Below are positions 28,435 through 36,487 of a stretch of DNA of 64,000 bases, piece by piece. Where the stretch lies: assembly GCA_965232515.1 (NCBI GenBank), contig CBDDPY010000002.1, forward strand, positions 320,001-384,000, read 5' to 3'. The DNA is from Alphaproteobacteria bacterium. Lineage in GTDB: Bacteria; Pseudomonadota; Alphaproteobacteria; GCA-2731375. The position numbers and the translations under genes were made by a program. The notes beneath the pieces are model-generated. The model ran no database searches. It saw nothing but the letters and a program-made list of their open reading frames with translations, and was not told the DNA's origin. The first letter of the stretch is position 1; every line of letters begins with the position of its first letter.

Positions 28435-29265
28435 ATGAGACTTAACGAAGCTCAGGTCGCCGAATACCAGGAGAAGGGCTACGTCCTGGTTCCCGGCCTG
28501 CTGTCGCCGGAGGAACTGAAAGTGCTGGACGTGGCGGTCGGCGATCTCGCCCGCCATGACGGCCCGGAGGTCGCCCGCGAGCGCGACGGCACGCCGCACG
28601 TCGTCTACGGCGTGCATCTGCTGGACGACAGGCTGAAGACGCTGTCCCGGCATCCCCGGCTGGTCGGGCCGGCCGAGCAATTGCTGGGCGACAAGATATT
28701 CGTGCATCAGTCGCGCATGAACGCCAAGCAGATGGGCGGCGCGATTGTCGATTGGCATCAGGACTTCGGCACCTACCACCGGGTCGACGGTCTGCCGGAG
28801 CCGAAGGGCTTGATGATCTCGATTTTTCTGGACGAGGTCACCGCCTGCAATGCGCCGCTGATGCTGGTGCCCGGCACCCAGCATGCCGGCATCGTGCAGG
28901 AAGCGCGTGTAAACGAGGCGGCCGAGGACCATGCCCAGGCGGCCCAGTACCGCTACGACATTCCGCTCGATACGCTGGACCGATTGGTCAAGGCCCACGG
29001 CCTGGAGGCGATCACCGGTCCGGCTGGATCGATCCTGTTCATGAACATGAACGTGGTGCACGGCTCGACCGTCAACATCACGCCGCTGCGCCGCGTGATC
29101 GTCTATTTCAACGTCAGCACGGTCGACAACAGGGGCGAGACCTTCGCCCGGCCGCCTTATCTGGCGGCGCGCGATTTTGCGCCGATTGAACCGTTGGACG
29201 AGGGCTGCCTGACCCGGTTCACCACGGCCGTGGACAAGCCTGTCGAGGAGCGACGCGATGCGTGA
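28435..29265 (+). CDS. Phytanoyl-CoA dioxygenase (PhyH) family Fe/2OG hydroxylase, EctD/proline-4-hydroxylase-like
   Basis: HQSRMNAK, WHQDFGTYHRVDGLP (HxD), NAPLMLVPGTQ, VVHGSTVN, RRV. Confidence 0.88.
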   Translation: MRLNEAQVAEYQEKGYVLVPGLLSPEELKVLDVAVGDLARHDGPEVARERDGTPHVVYGVHLLDDRLKTLSRHPRLVGPAEQLLGDKIFVHQSRMNAKQMGGAIVDWHQDFGTYHRVDGLPEPKGLMISIFLDEVTACNAPLMLVPGTQHAGIVQEARVNEAAEDHAQAAQYRYDIPLDTLDRLVKAHGLEAITGPAGSILFMNMNVVHGSTVNITPLRRVIVYFNVSTVDNRGETFARPPYLAARDFAPIEPLDEGCLTRFTTAVDKPVEERRDA

Positions 29266-30031
29266 CAATCCGGTCAAAGCAACCCTGGCCGCTGGCGGTC
29301 GCACCTTCGGTACCATGGTCTTCGAGTTCACCAGCGCCGGACTGCCGGCGATCCTGACCGCCGCCGGCGCCGACTACGTGCTCTACGACATGGAGCACAG
29401 CGGCATCTCCATGGCCGAGATGAAGCTGCAGCTGGCGCATGCCCGCGGGCTTGGGCTCGTGCCGATCGTCCGGCCGCCGGCCAAGACCTACGACGCTGTC
29501 GCGCGGCTGCTCGACCTCGGCGCCATGGGGTTGATGCTGCCGATGGTCGAGTCGCGGGCCGAGGCCGAAGAGATCGTCGCCTGGACCCGCTATCCGACCG
29601 AGGGCGTGCGCGGGGCCATGTTCGGCGGCGCGCACGACGACTATGCCGGCGGCGATATCGCCGAGAAGATACGTATCGCGCATGAGCGCACGCTGGTGTT
29701 GGCGATGATCGAGACCGCCAAGGGCGTCGAGAATGTCGACGAGATCGTCGGCGTGCCCGGCATCGACGCGGCGCATCTCGGCCAGTTCGATCTGTCGCTC
29801 TCCCTCGGCATTCCAGGTCAGACCGGCCACGCGCGGATCGAGGCCGCGATCGACCAACTGCTGCAGGCCTGCGAACGGCACGGCAAGACGCCCGCCTGCA
29901 TGGCGCCGACCGTGGAGATCGGCCGCGACTGGCTGCAGCGCGGCTTTCGAATGGTGTCCTACTCTTACGATATCGGCCTGCTGACCGATCGCCTGCAGGA
30001 AGGATTAACGGCCCTGCGCGCCGTCGACTAG
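29258..30031 (+). CDS. HpcH/HpaI class II aldolase family protein
   Basis: DMEHS, RLLDLGAMGLMLPMVES, YPTEGVRG, MIETAKGVENVDEI, DLSLSLG. Overlaps the upstream stop. Confidence 0.9.
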   Translation: MRDNPVKATLAAGGRTFGTMVFEFTSAGLPAILTAAGADYVLYDMEHSGISMAEMKLQLAHARGLGLVPIVRPPAKTYDAVARLLDLGAMGLMLPMVESRAEAEEIVAWTRYPTEGVRGAMFGGAHDDYAGGDIAEKIRIAHERTLVLAMIETAKGVENVDEIVGVPGIDAAHLGQFDLSLSLGIPGQTGHARIEAAIDQLLQACERHGKTPACMAPTVEIGRDWLQRGFRMVSYSYDIGLLTDRLQEGLTALRAVD

Positions 30032-30258
30032 CCGACCCGGTCGCGGCCGATGCCGGTGCGGCGACAGACGATCTTCAGGTATTCGTCGTCGCGCAGCGAC
30101 CGGCCCAATGCCGTGCCGGCGAAATAGGCCTGGGACTGCATGCCGCAGGCGATCTCGTTGCTGGCGTCCGGGCCGCTGATGACGTCGATGGCGTTGTTGA
30201 ACTGACAATCGCGCGGCGCGATGCCGGCGGCGCAGACAAGCAGCATGACCTTGAACAT
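30028..30258 (-). CDS. Small Cys-containing hypothetical protein (about 76 aa)
   Basis: AAGGA RBS, hydrophobic N-terminus, four Cys (LVC...DC...AC...IVC). Follows the xox cluster on the same strand. Confidence 0.6.
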   Translation of the reverse strand: MFKVMLLVCAAGIAPRDCQFNNAIDVISGPDASNEIACGMQSQAYFAGTALGRSLRDDEYLKIVCRRTGIGRDRVG

Positions 30259-30401
30259 TCGGGGTCCTTCGTGGTCGTCGCCGGTGTGCACCCGTCCATG
30301 CGTGCGGCCCGACAGTGGACGGCGACGCTAGGCAGCGATGGTAAACGAGAGGTTAACGTCCCGCCCAGCGCCGTTCTGTGATCGGCCTCACTTGGAAAAT
30401 C

Positions 30402-30908
30402 CTAGCGTTTCTCGGCCGTGTCGTCGCGCAGCAGGCGGTTGCGCAACAGATACGACACGCCGCGCCGCCACGATTCGTCGGTATTGCCGCGGATGTCGAC
30501 GCTCATGGCGCGCTGGCGTTCGCCGGTCTCGGCATCGCGGACATAGAGGTTGATGTTGAGGATCAGGTTGCTGACCTTCTGCACCGTACCGGTGATCGCC
30601 AGCGCCGCGCCGAGCTCGCGCGCGATGTCGGCCTCGCAGCCGTTGCAGCCATAGAGATAGCCGGCTTCCTCGACGGCGGCCGCGGCCGGAAGCATGTCGA
30701 CCAGGTCGTAGCGCGCCGAGGCCGCGATCCGCTCGCGCAGCTGTTCGCTGATCGCCCGCAAGCGGCGTTGTTCGTCGGCGCGGTCACCCTCCAGGCTGGT
30801 GTCGATCAGCTCGAAGTCGAACACGGCGACGCGTACCGGCGGTTCCGCGACCGCCGGCATGGCCATCGCGATCGATACCCCGGCGATCACGCTTCGGGGA
30901 ATGCGCAT
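30402..30908 (-). CDS. DUF3280/DUF2380-type periplasmic protein
   Basis: Signal peptide, VAVFDFELIDTS, CNGC, VQKVSNLILNIN, VDIRGNTDESW. Confidence 0.8.
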   Translation of the reverse strand: MRIPRSVIAGVSIAMAMPAVAEPPVRVAVFDFELIDTSLEGDRADEQRRLRAISEQLRERIAASARYDLVDMLPAAAAVEEAGYLYGCNGCEADIARELGAALAITGTVQKVSNLILNINLYVRDAETGERQRAMSVDIRGNTDESWRRGVSYLLRNRLLRDDTAEKR

Positions 30909-30915
30909 TTGCCCG

Positions 30916-31737
30916 CTACTGGCTGATCGGGTCGCCGTTGTCGTCCAGCAGGGGCACGCCGTAATCCAGTAGCACCGCGTTGATCTCCGGCCGTATCTTG
31001 GCGATCAGACCGTCGATTTCCGCCTTCCATTCCGGCTCGCGGTAGCGCACGCCCATGGAAATCTGAAACGCCATCGGCATGTCGTCCGGGATCTGCGCAA
31101 TGGGCGTCACCCGCAGTTGCGGGTCCTTCTGCTTCGCGTAGTAGCCGGCGATCGGTCCCCAGAGGACGCCGATGTCGATCTCGCCGGCGGCGACGTCCTC
31201 GACCATGCGCTGGCCCGGCTGTTCGTGCCGGGTGTCGACGACCAGCGGGTAGGGGCGGGCATTGGCCATCAGGCCGTACCGCGCCAGCAGGTCGCCGGGC
31301 GGCGTGCCGGCGACGACGCCGATCTTCAATCCCTTCAGGCGCGGATCGTCCAGGCGGCGGATCTCCTCGCCGGCGCCCGGTCGTGCCACCAGCGTGTAGG
31401 TCGACCGGTAATAAGGCGTGGTGTTCTTCAGCAATTCGTGCGGCGCCGCGATGCCGATCACCAGATCGCATTTTCCCGCGCGCAGCGTGTTGCGGATGAA
31501 GCCCATGGCCTGCGGGAACCAGGTATAGCGCACCGGCACGCCGAGCTTGGCCGCCATCAGTTCGGCGATCCGGTTCTCGAAACCCGCGCCGTCCCGGTTC
31601 GAGAACGGCAGGTTGTTCGGATCGGCGCAGACCCGAAGTGCCGTCCGGTCGACGGCGTCCGCGCGTGCCGCCGGCGGCGTCAGCGCGGCGACGGCCAGTG
31701 TCAGCGCCCAGACCGTTATCGTTCTCAGGCCGATCAT
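30916..31737 (-). CDS. xoxJ: XoxJ/MxaJ-type periplasmic binding protein of methanol oxidation
   Basis: LRVCADPNNLPFSN, GFENRIAE, GFIRNTL, WGPIAGYYA. Downstream of xoxFG. Confidence 0.88.
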   Translation of the reverse strand: MIGLRTITVWALTLAVAALTPPAARADAVDRTALRVCADPNNLPFSNRDGAGFENRIAELMAAKLGVPVRYTWFPQAMGFIRNTLRAGKCDLVIGIAAPHELLKNTTPYYRSTYTLVARPGAGEEIRRLDDPRLKGLKIGVVAGTPPGDLLARYGLMANARPYPLVVDTRHEQPGQRMVEDVAAGEIDIGVLWGPIAGYYAKQKDPQLRVTPIAQIPDDMPMAFQISMGVRYREPEWKAEIDGLIAKIRPEINAVLLDYGVPLLDDNGDPISQ

Positions 31738-31754
31738 CCACGTGCTCCTTTGCG

Positions 31755-32219
31755 CTAGCTCATGCAGGCGTCGTCGCGTTCCTTAGCTTCAACGGGCTTC
31801 GCCTGTTTTTTCGGCCGGCCACGACCCAGTGCGCCGTCGGCGCGCGCTTTCAGATAGGCGAAGATGTCGTCGACAAAGCACATCACGTTCAGATTGTCGG
31901 CGAAGGCCGGCATCTTGCTCTGCTGCGCGGCGCCGACTTTCTCGCGGCCGTTGACGACGACGTCGAGATAGTCGTCGTAGGCCATGGACTTCATCGAATC
32001 CAGCAGGGCCGGCGCGAAGGTGCTGCCAAGCCCGTCCGGGCCGTGACAGACATGGCACTCCGAGTGATAGCGGCGAAAGCCGCTGAAGGTGTACCAGTCG
32101 ACGACGCCGTCCTCGATCACATAGGGCTTTTCGTCATCAGCCGCCGCCGCGCCGCCGCTGCAAAGGGCGACCGCGGCGGCGGCGAGGAGCAAGGTCGCTC
32201 CCCGCCGTCGCCCCGTCAT
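31755..32219 (-). CDS. xoxG: Cytochrome c electron acceptor of XoxF
   Basis: Signal peptide, GFRRYHSECHVCHG (CxxCH), MPAF, YLKARADG. Confidence 0.85.
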   Translation of the reverse strand: MTGRRRGATLLLAAAAVALCSGGAAAADDEKPYVIEDGVVDWYTFSGFRRYHSECHVCHGPDGLGSTFAPALLDSMKSMAYDDYLDVVVNGREKVGAAQQSKMPAFADNLNVMCFVDDIFAYLKARADGALGRGRPKKQAKPVEAKERDDACMS

Positions 32220-32258
32220 GACACATACCTCCGGCTTACAGGTTCTGCGAAGCGCCCA

Positions 32259-34052
32259 TCAGTCCGGCAGGCTGAACACGGTCAGCACGCCGCCGAGCTG
32301 GGTGTAGTTGCTCAGCGCCTTGTAGGCGCCGACCGCGCCCAGACCGGCCGTGTCCTCGGTCAGCCCGGCCGCGAGGCCGATGCCGGCCCAGCCGCCGACA
32401 CCCGACAGCACGGCGACATATTGCTTGCCGTTGTGCTCGTAGGTGTTGACGTTGCCGATGATCCCGGACGGGGTCTTGAACTTGAACAGCTCCTCGCCGG
32501 TCTTGGCGTCGACCGCTTTCAGAAAACCTTCCAGCGTGCCGTAAAACACGACGTCGCCGGCTGTCGCCAGCGCGCCGCTCCAGACCGAGAACGGCTCTTC
32601 GTTCGACCAGACGATCTCGCCCTTGTTGGCATCCCAGGCGATAAAGTTGCCGAGATGCGTGCCGCCCGGCGCCGGATACATGCTCAGCGTCGCGCCGACA
32701 TAGGGTTGACCGGCCGTGTACGACACCCGGAACGGCTCGTAGTCCATGCAGACATGGTTCGTCGGCACGTAGAACAGACCGGTGCGCGGCGAATAGGCCG
32801 CCGGCTGCTGGTCCTTGGTGCCGAGCGCCGCCGGGCAGATGCCCTTGGTGTTGACGTCTTCGCCGCCCTGGGCGGTCGAGTATTTCGCCACGACCTGCGG
32901 CCGTCCGGTCTCCATGTCCACATGCGTCGCCCAGTTCACCGCCGGATCGAACTTCTCGGCCACCAGCAGTTCGCCGGTTTCCCGGTCCATGGTGTAGCCG
33001 AAGCCGTTGCGGTCGAAGTGCACGAGCGCCTTGCGAGTTTCGCCCTTGACCTCCATGTCGACCAGGATCATCTCGTTGACGCCGTCGTAGTCCCACTCGT
33101 CGTGCGGCGTCATCTGATAGACCCACTTGGCCATGCCGGTGTCCGGGTCGCGGGCGAAGATGGTCATCGACCAGGCGTTGTCGCCGGGCCGCTGCGCCGG
33201 GTTCCAGGTGCTCGGGTTGCCGGTGCCGTAATAAATCAGGTTCAGATCCGGATCGTAGGCATACCAGCCCCACGTGGTGCCGCCGCCGATCTGCCACTGA
33301 TCGCCTTCCCAGGTTGCGGTGCCGGAATCCTTGCCCACCGGCTCGCCCAGATGCGTGGTCTTCTCGGGATCCATCAGGGTGTCGGAATCCGGCCCCATGG
33401 AATAGGCCCGCCAGACCTGCTCGCCCGTGTTCAGGTCATAGGCAGTCATGCTGCCGCGTACGCCGAACTCGCCGCCGCTGATGCCGATAAAGACCTTGTC
33501 CTTGACGATCATCGGCGCGCTGGTGCCGGTCTCGCCCTTCTTCGGATCGCCGTTCACGGCCTTCCACAGCACCTTGCCGGTCTTGGCGTCCAGCGCCACC
33601 ACCGTGGTGTCGGCCTGATGCAGGATGATCTTGTCCTCGGCATAGGCGACGCCGCGGTTCACGGTATCGCAGCACATCACCGGAATGGTGTCGGGATCCT
33701 GCTTCGGCTCGTACTTCCAGATCACGCGGCCGTTGTCGTTCAGGTCCAGCGCGAACACCGGATTGGGAAACGGCCCATGGATGTACATCGTGTCGCCCAT
33801 GACCAGCGGGCCGCCCTCATGCCCGCGCAGCACGCCGGTCGAGAAGGTCCAGGAGACCTGCAGGTCGCCGACATTGTCGCGATTGATCTGATCCAGCTTG
33901 CTGAACCGTGTATTGGCGTAGTCGCCGGTCGGCATGATCCAGTTCGCTGGATCCTCCTGCAGCGACAGCAACTCCTTGTTGGCCGACGCCGATGCCGGCA
34001 GCAGCAGGGCCGCCGCCGCGACGGGGAATAGGTTTCGGAATAAGGCACGCAT
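32259..34052 (-). CDS. xoxF: Lanthanide-dependent PQQ methanol dehydrogenase (XoxF5-like)
   Basis: [11 protein letters not shown], vicinal [31 protein letters not shown]. The D-Y-D carries the extra Ln-binding Asp, whereas Ca-type MxaF has D-Y-A. No mxaI nearby. Confidence 0.95.
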   Translation of the reverse strand: MRALFRNLFPVAAAALLLPASASANKELLSLQEDPANWIMPTGDYANTRFSKLDQINRDNVGDLQVSWTFSTGVLRGHEGGPLVMGDTMYIHGPFPNPVFALDLNDNGRVIWKYEPKQDPDTIPVMCCDTVNRGVAYAEDKIILHQADTTVVALDAKTGKVLWKAVNGDPKKGETGTSAPMIVKDKVFIGISGGEFGVRGSMTAYDLNTGEQVWRAYSMGPDSDTLMDPEKTTHLGEPVGKDSGTATWEGDQWQIGGGTTWGWYAYDPDLNLIYYGTGNPSTWNPAQRPGDNAWSMTIFARDPDTGMAKWVYQMTPHDEWDYDGVNEMILVDMEVKGETRKALVHFDRNGFGYTMDRETGELLVAEKFDPAVNWATHVDMETGRPQVVAKYSTAQGGEDVNTKGICPAALGTKDQQPAAYSPRTGLFYVPTNHVCMDYEPFRVSYTAGQPYVGATLSMYPAPGGTHLGNFIAWDANKGEIVWSNEEPFSVWSGALATAGDVVFYGTLEGFLKAVDAKTGEELFKFKTPSGIIGNVNTYEHNGKQYVAVLSGVGGWAGIGLAAGLTEDTAGLGAVGAYKALSNYTQLGGVLTVFSLPD

Positions 34053-34463
34053 CGCTTTCCTCCCGCGTTATGGTTATGCGCCGCACGCGGACAGGGGTCA
34101 GCCCGTGGCCCCCCGGTCACCGCACGACGCGTCGCTACAAAAACGATGGCTACGAGCAAACATGCCGCTGCACGGCGTTTTAACGCCTCCGCGGCTTAGC
34201 CCTCTTCCAGACCGGATCAGAACCGGCCCGCCCTCGACTATCCGCCTGACCGACCGCTTTCGGGCTGACTTGCTCGTTATCGTCACGCCGGTCGGCTGGA
34301 CGCGACCAAAATCGCCGCGTCCCGGCAGACATGCCATAGGAAAACTCTAGGCCGCGCTGCGGGGGCCGACAAGTCACATTTCGCCGGTGGCGCTTGACAG
34401 CGGCGCGGCATCGCGCGTTGATGGTGGCGACGGGCGCAATCTGGACAACGGAGGTTGTCTGCC

Positions 34464-35255
34464 ATGATAGCGCGTCTAGTCGTTCCTCTGTTTGCGATAT
34501 CGATTGGCATCGGTGCGGCCACGGCCGCCGACCTGACTGTGGCGGAACTCCGGTCGTTGTTGGCGGACGCCGACCGCGCCGCGCCGATCGATCTGACGTC
34601 GAGGGACCTGTCCGGCCTCGGTTTGTCGGGTCTCGACTTCAAGGCGGCCAATCTGACGGGCGCCGATCTCAGCGGCGCCGATCTGACGGCGGCGGATCTC
34701 AGAGGCGCCGTGCTCAAGGGCGCGACGCTTAGCGATGCGCGGCTGACGCGGGCCAATCTCGATCTGGCGATCCTGCGCGACGCCGATCTGCGCCGCGCCG
34801 ACTTGAGTTTCGTCAGCGCCTTCTCGACTGTCTTCGCCGGCGCGGATCTGCGGGCGGCCGATCTTGCCGGCGCGCGTCTGGTCGGCAATTTCGAGCGGGC
34901 CGATCTGTCGGAGGCAAAGCTGGTGGGCGCCATGATGGCGGCCGATATGCGCAATCAGCCGATGGGCCTGATGCGGGTATCGCTGCGCAAGGCGCGTCTG
35001 GTCGGGGCCGATTTGTCAGGCGCCGATCTGTCCCGCGGCATGCTGGAGTTCGCCGACTTCACCGGCGCCAGGCTCAGGCGGACCAAGCTGATGCGCGTCG
35101 ACGCCGCCGCCGCCAGCTTCGTCGACGCCGACCTGACCGGTGCGGATTTCGAATTGGCGGACGTACAGGACGCGCGCTTCGCCGGCGCCATCGGCACCGA
35201 GAAAATGCGCGGGTTCGAGACGGCGAAGAACCGCGAGACGGCCAGCTTCGACTAG
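34464..35255 (+). CDS. Exported pentapeptide-repeat protein
   Basis: GGAGG RBS, signal peptide, many A(D/N)L(S/T)G repeats, DMRNQPMGLMR insert. Divergent from xoxF. Confidence 0.9.
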   Translation: MIARLVVPLFAISIGIGAATAADLTVAELRSLLADADRAAPIDLTSRDLSGLGLSGLDFKAANLTGADLSGADLTAADLRGAVLKGATLSDARLTRANLDLAILRDADLRRADLSFVSAFSTVFAGADLRAADLAGARLVGNFERADLSEAKLVGAMMAADMRNQPMGLMRVSLRKARLVGADLSGADLSRGMLEFADFTGARLRRTKLMRVDAAAASFVDADLTGADFELADVQDARFAGAIGTEKMRGFETAKNRETASFD

Positions 35256-35587
35256 AAGCAGCGTTTCGAGGACTCGGCCTGGGCCCGCGTCAGGTCGTCG
35301 ATGACAACCTGCACATGCGGCGGGTCCCGGAAGATCGCCGTCTTCTCGCCGCCGACGCGCCGCATGCGCAGTGTCGTCTCGGCCTGCAGATACCGCTCGT
35401 AGGACACCCTTGCCGCGATTACGTCGATGCTGCAGGAACAGCGGCGCAGCATGTCCTGCGTCTGGCCGTTGCGCGCCATGCACTGGATGACATAGTCGGC
35501 GCGCGCTTCCGTCGGATAATCGTTGGCGGCGGTGCCGCCGGCCGGCAGTGCACAAAACGCGAGAACGGCTAGCCATGGCTTGCGCAT
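35252..35587 (-). CDS. Small exported protein of the type found near PQQ dehydrogenase/methylotrophy genes
   Basis: GGAGG RBS, signal peptide, NDYPTEARADYVIQCM, CSCSIDVIA, terminal CF. Confidence 0.75.
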   Translation of the reverse strand: MRKPWLAVLAFCALPAGGTAANDYPTEARADYVIQCMARNGQTQDMLRRCSCSIDVIAARVSYERYLQAETTLRMRRVGGEKTAIFRDPPHVQVVIDDLTRAQAESSKRCF

Positions 35588-35649
35588 GACATCCCTCCGT
35601 TCCCCCCAACTCGGACACAGTGTAGCACACCCCGACGTGCCAGATTTTC

Positions 35650-36336
35650 TTATCGGGGATCGGTATCCGTCGACGCCTTGAACCGGTCGGCATCGCTCAG
35701 TTGGGAAACCAGCGTCTCCTGAAGAATTTTCCGCTTCAGCGCGGCGTGGAAGTCCGCGACATCGTCAATCTCGATGACAAAGCCATTGACGACCTTCTGC
35801 TTGTAGTAGCGTTTCAGGTCGTATTGCGTTCGCCCGCTAATGACCAGGCCGTTGATCTCGATGCCCGATGCCGTCGCCGCCGCGCGTCGTCGTTCAAGAA
35901 GCACCGAGTCGCGGTTTTCCTGCCCGTCGCCCGAGACATCGATGACACGCCGACCCTGTTTTTCGTCCAGCAGCGCCAGCGCCGCGCCCAGGCCGTGGCC
36001 GATGCCGGTGCCGCCGCGCGTGCCGGGCGCGGTCATAGCGGCCGCATACCGCGCCGCGGCGTCCGGCGCGGTCGTCCATGGCACGATGATCGTCGCCGTG
36101 CTGTCGAATTCGACGATGGCGACAGCCGTGTCTTTCAGCGCACGCACGATCTTGCCGTCGTTCAAAACGTCGACATAGGCCTGTCGCTGCAGATGCAATT
36201 CGTCCGCGTCGATCGAATTCGAACGATCGACGACCAGCACCAGCCAGTCGACCGCCTGAACCGGCGCCGGCAGGGATACAAGCGCGAGCGCGCCGCAAAG
36301 CATGAGCACGAAGCGGCTCGACATGAGGACGCGCAT
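35650..36336 (-). CDS. DUF1194 (vWA-fold) exported protein
   Basis: MIDAS-like LVVDRSNSID, GGTGIG, RRVIDVSGDG, INGLVI. Start is approximate. Confidence 0.8.
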   Translation of the reverse strand: MRVLMSSRFVLMLCGALALVSLPAPVQAVDWLVLVVDRSNSIDADELHLQRQAYVDVLNDGKIVRALKDTAVAIVEFDSTATIIVPWTTAPDAAARYAAAMTAPGTRGGTGIGHGLGAALALLDEKQGRRVIDVSGDGQENRDSVLLERRRAAATASGIEINGLVISGRTQYDLKRYYKQKVVNGFVIEIDDVADFHAALKRKILQETLVSQLSDADRFKASTDTDPR

Positions 36337-36428
36337 CCGACGGAGGCGCCTGCCGAAGCCGGCCTGATTGATGGTGCCGACAGTCATTTGACCAAAGACA
36401 CAAGACCGCATGATCGATAGACCGTCCA

Positions 36429-36462
36429 GGAAAAGGGCGGGGACCTTTACCGGTCCCCGCCC
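36429..36462 (-). terminator. Rho-independent terminator of the quinohemoprotein ADH gene
   Basis: Stem GGGCGGGGACC / GGTCCCCGCCC followed on the minus strand by TTTT. Confidence 0.75.
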
Positions 36463-36487
36463 GAAGCGTCTTGCGCCTTCGGCGCCC

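Noticed and set aside
28435-29265. Ectoine hydroxylase ectD
   Set aside because: The signature deviates (WHQDFGTYH versus WHSDFETWH) and no ectABC or ectoine catabolism genes are adjacent.
31638-34031. 797-aa plus-strand ORF and similar antisense ORFs over the amidase, leuC, BVMO and TRAP genes
   Set aside because: Shadow frames of well-supported genes on the opposite strand.
32259-34052. Calcium-dependent mxaF
   Set aside because: Has D-Y-D rather than D-Y-A, and there is no mxaI or mxaACKL.
34620-35200. Low-complexity GCCGATCT repeats as a DNA repeat element
   Set aside because: Explained by pentapeptide-repeat protein coding.
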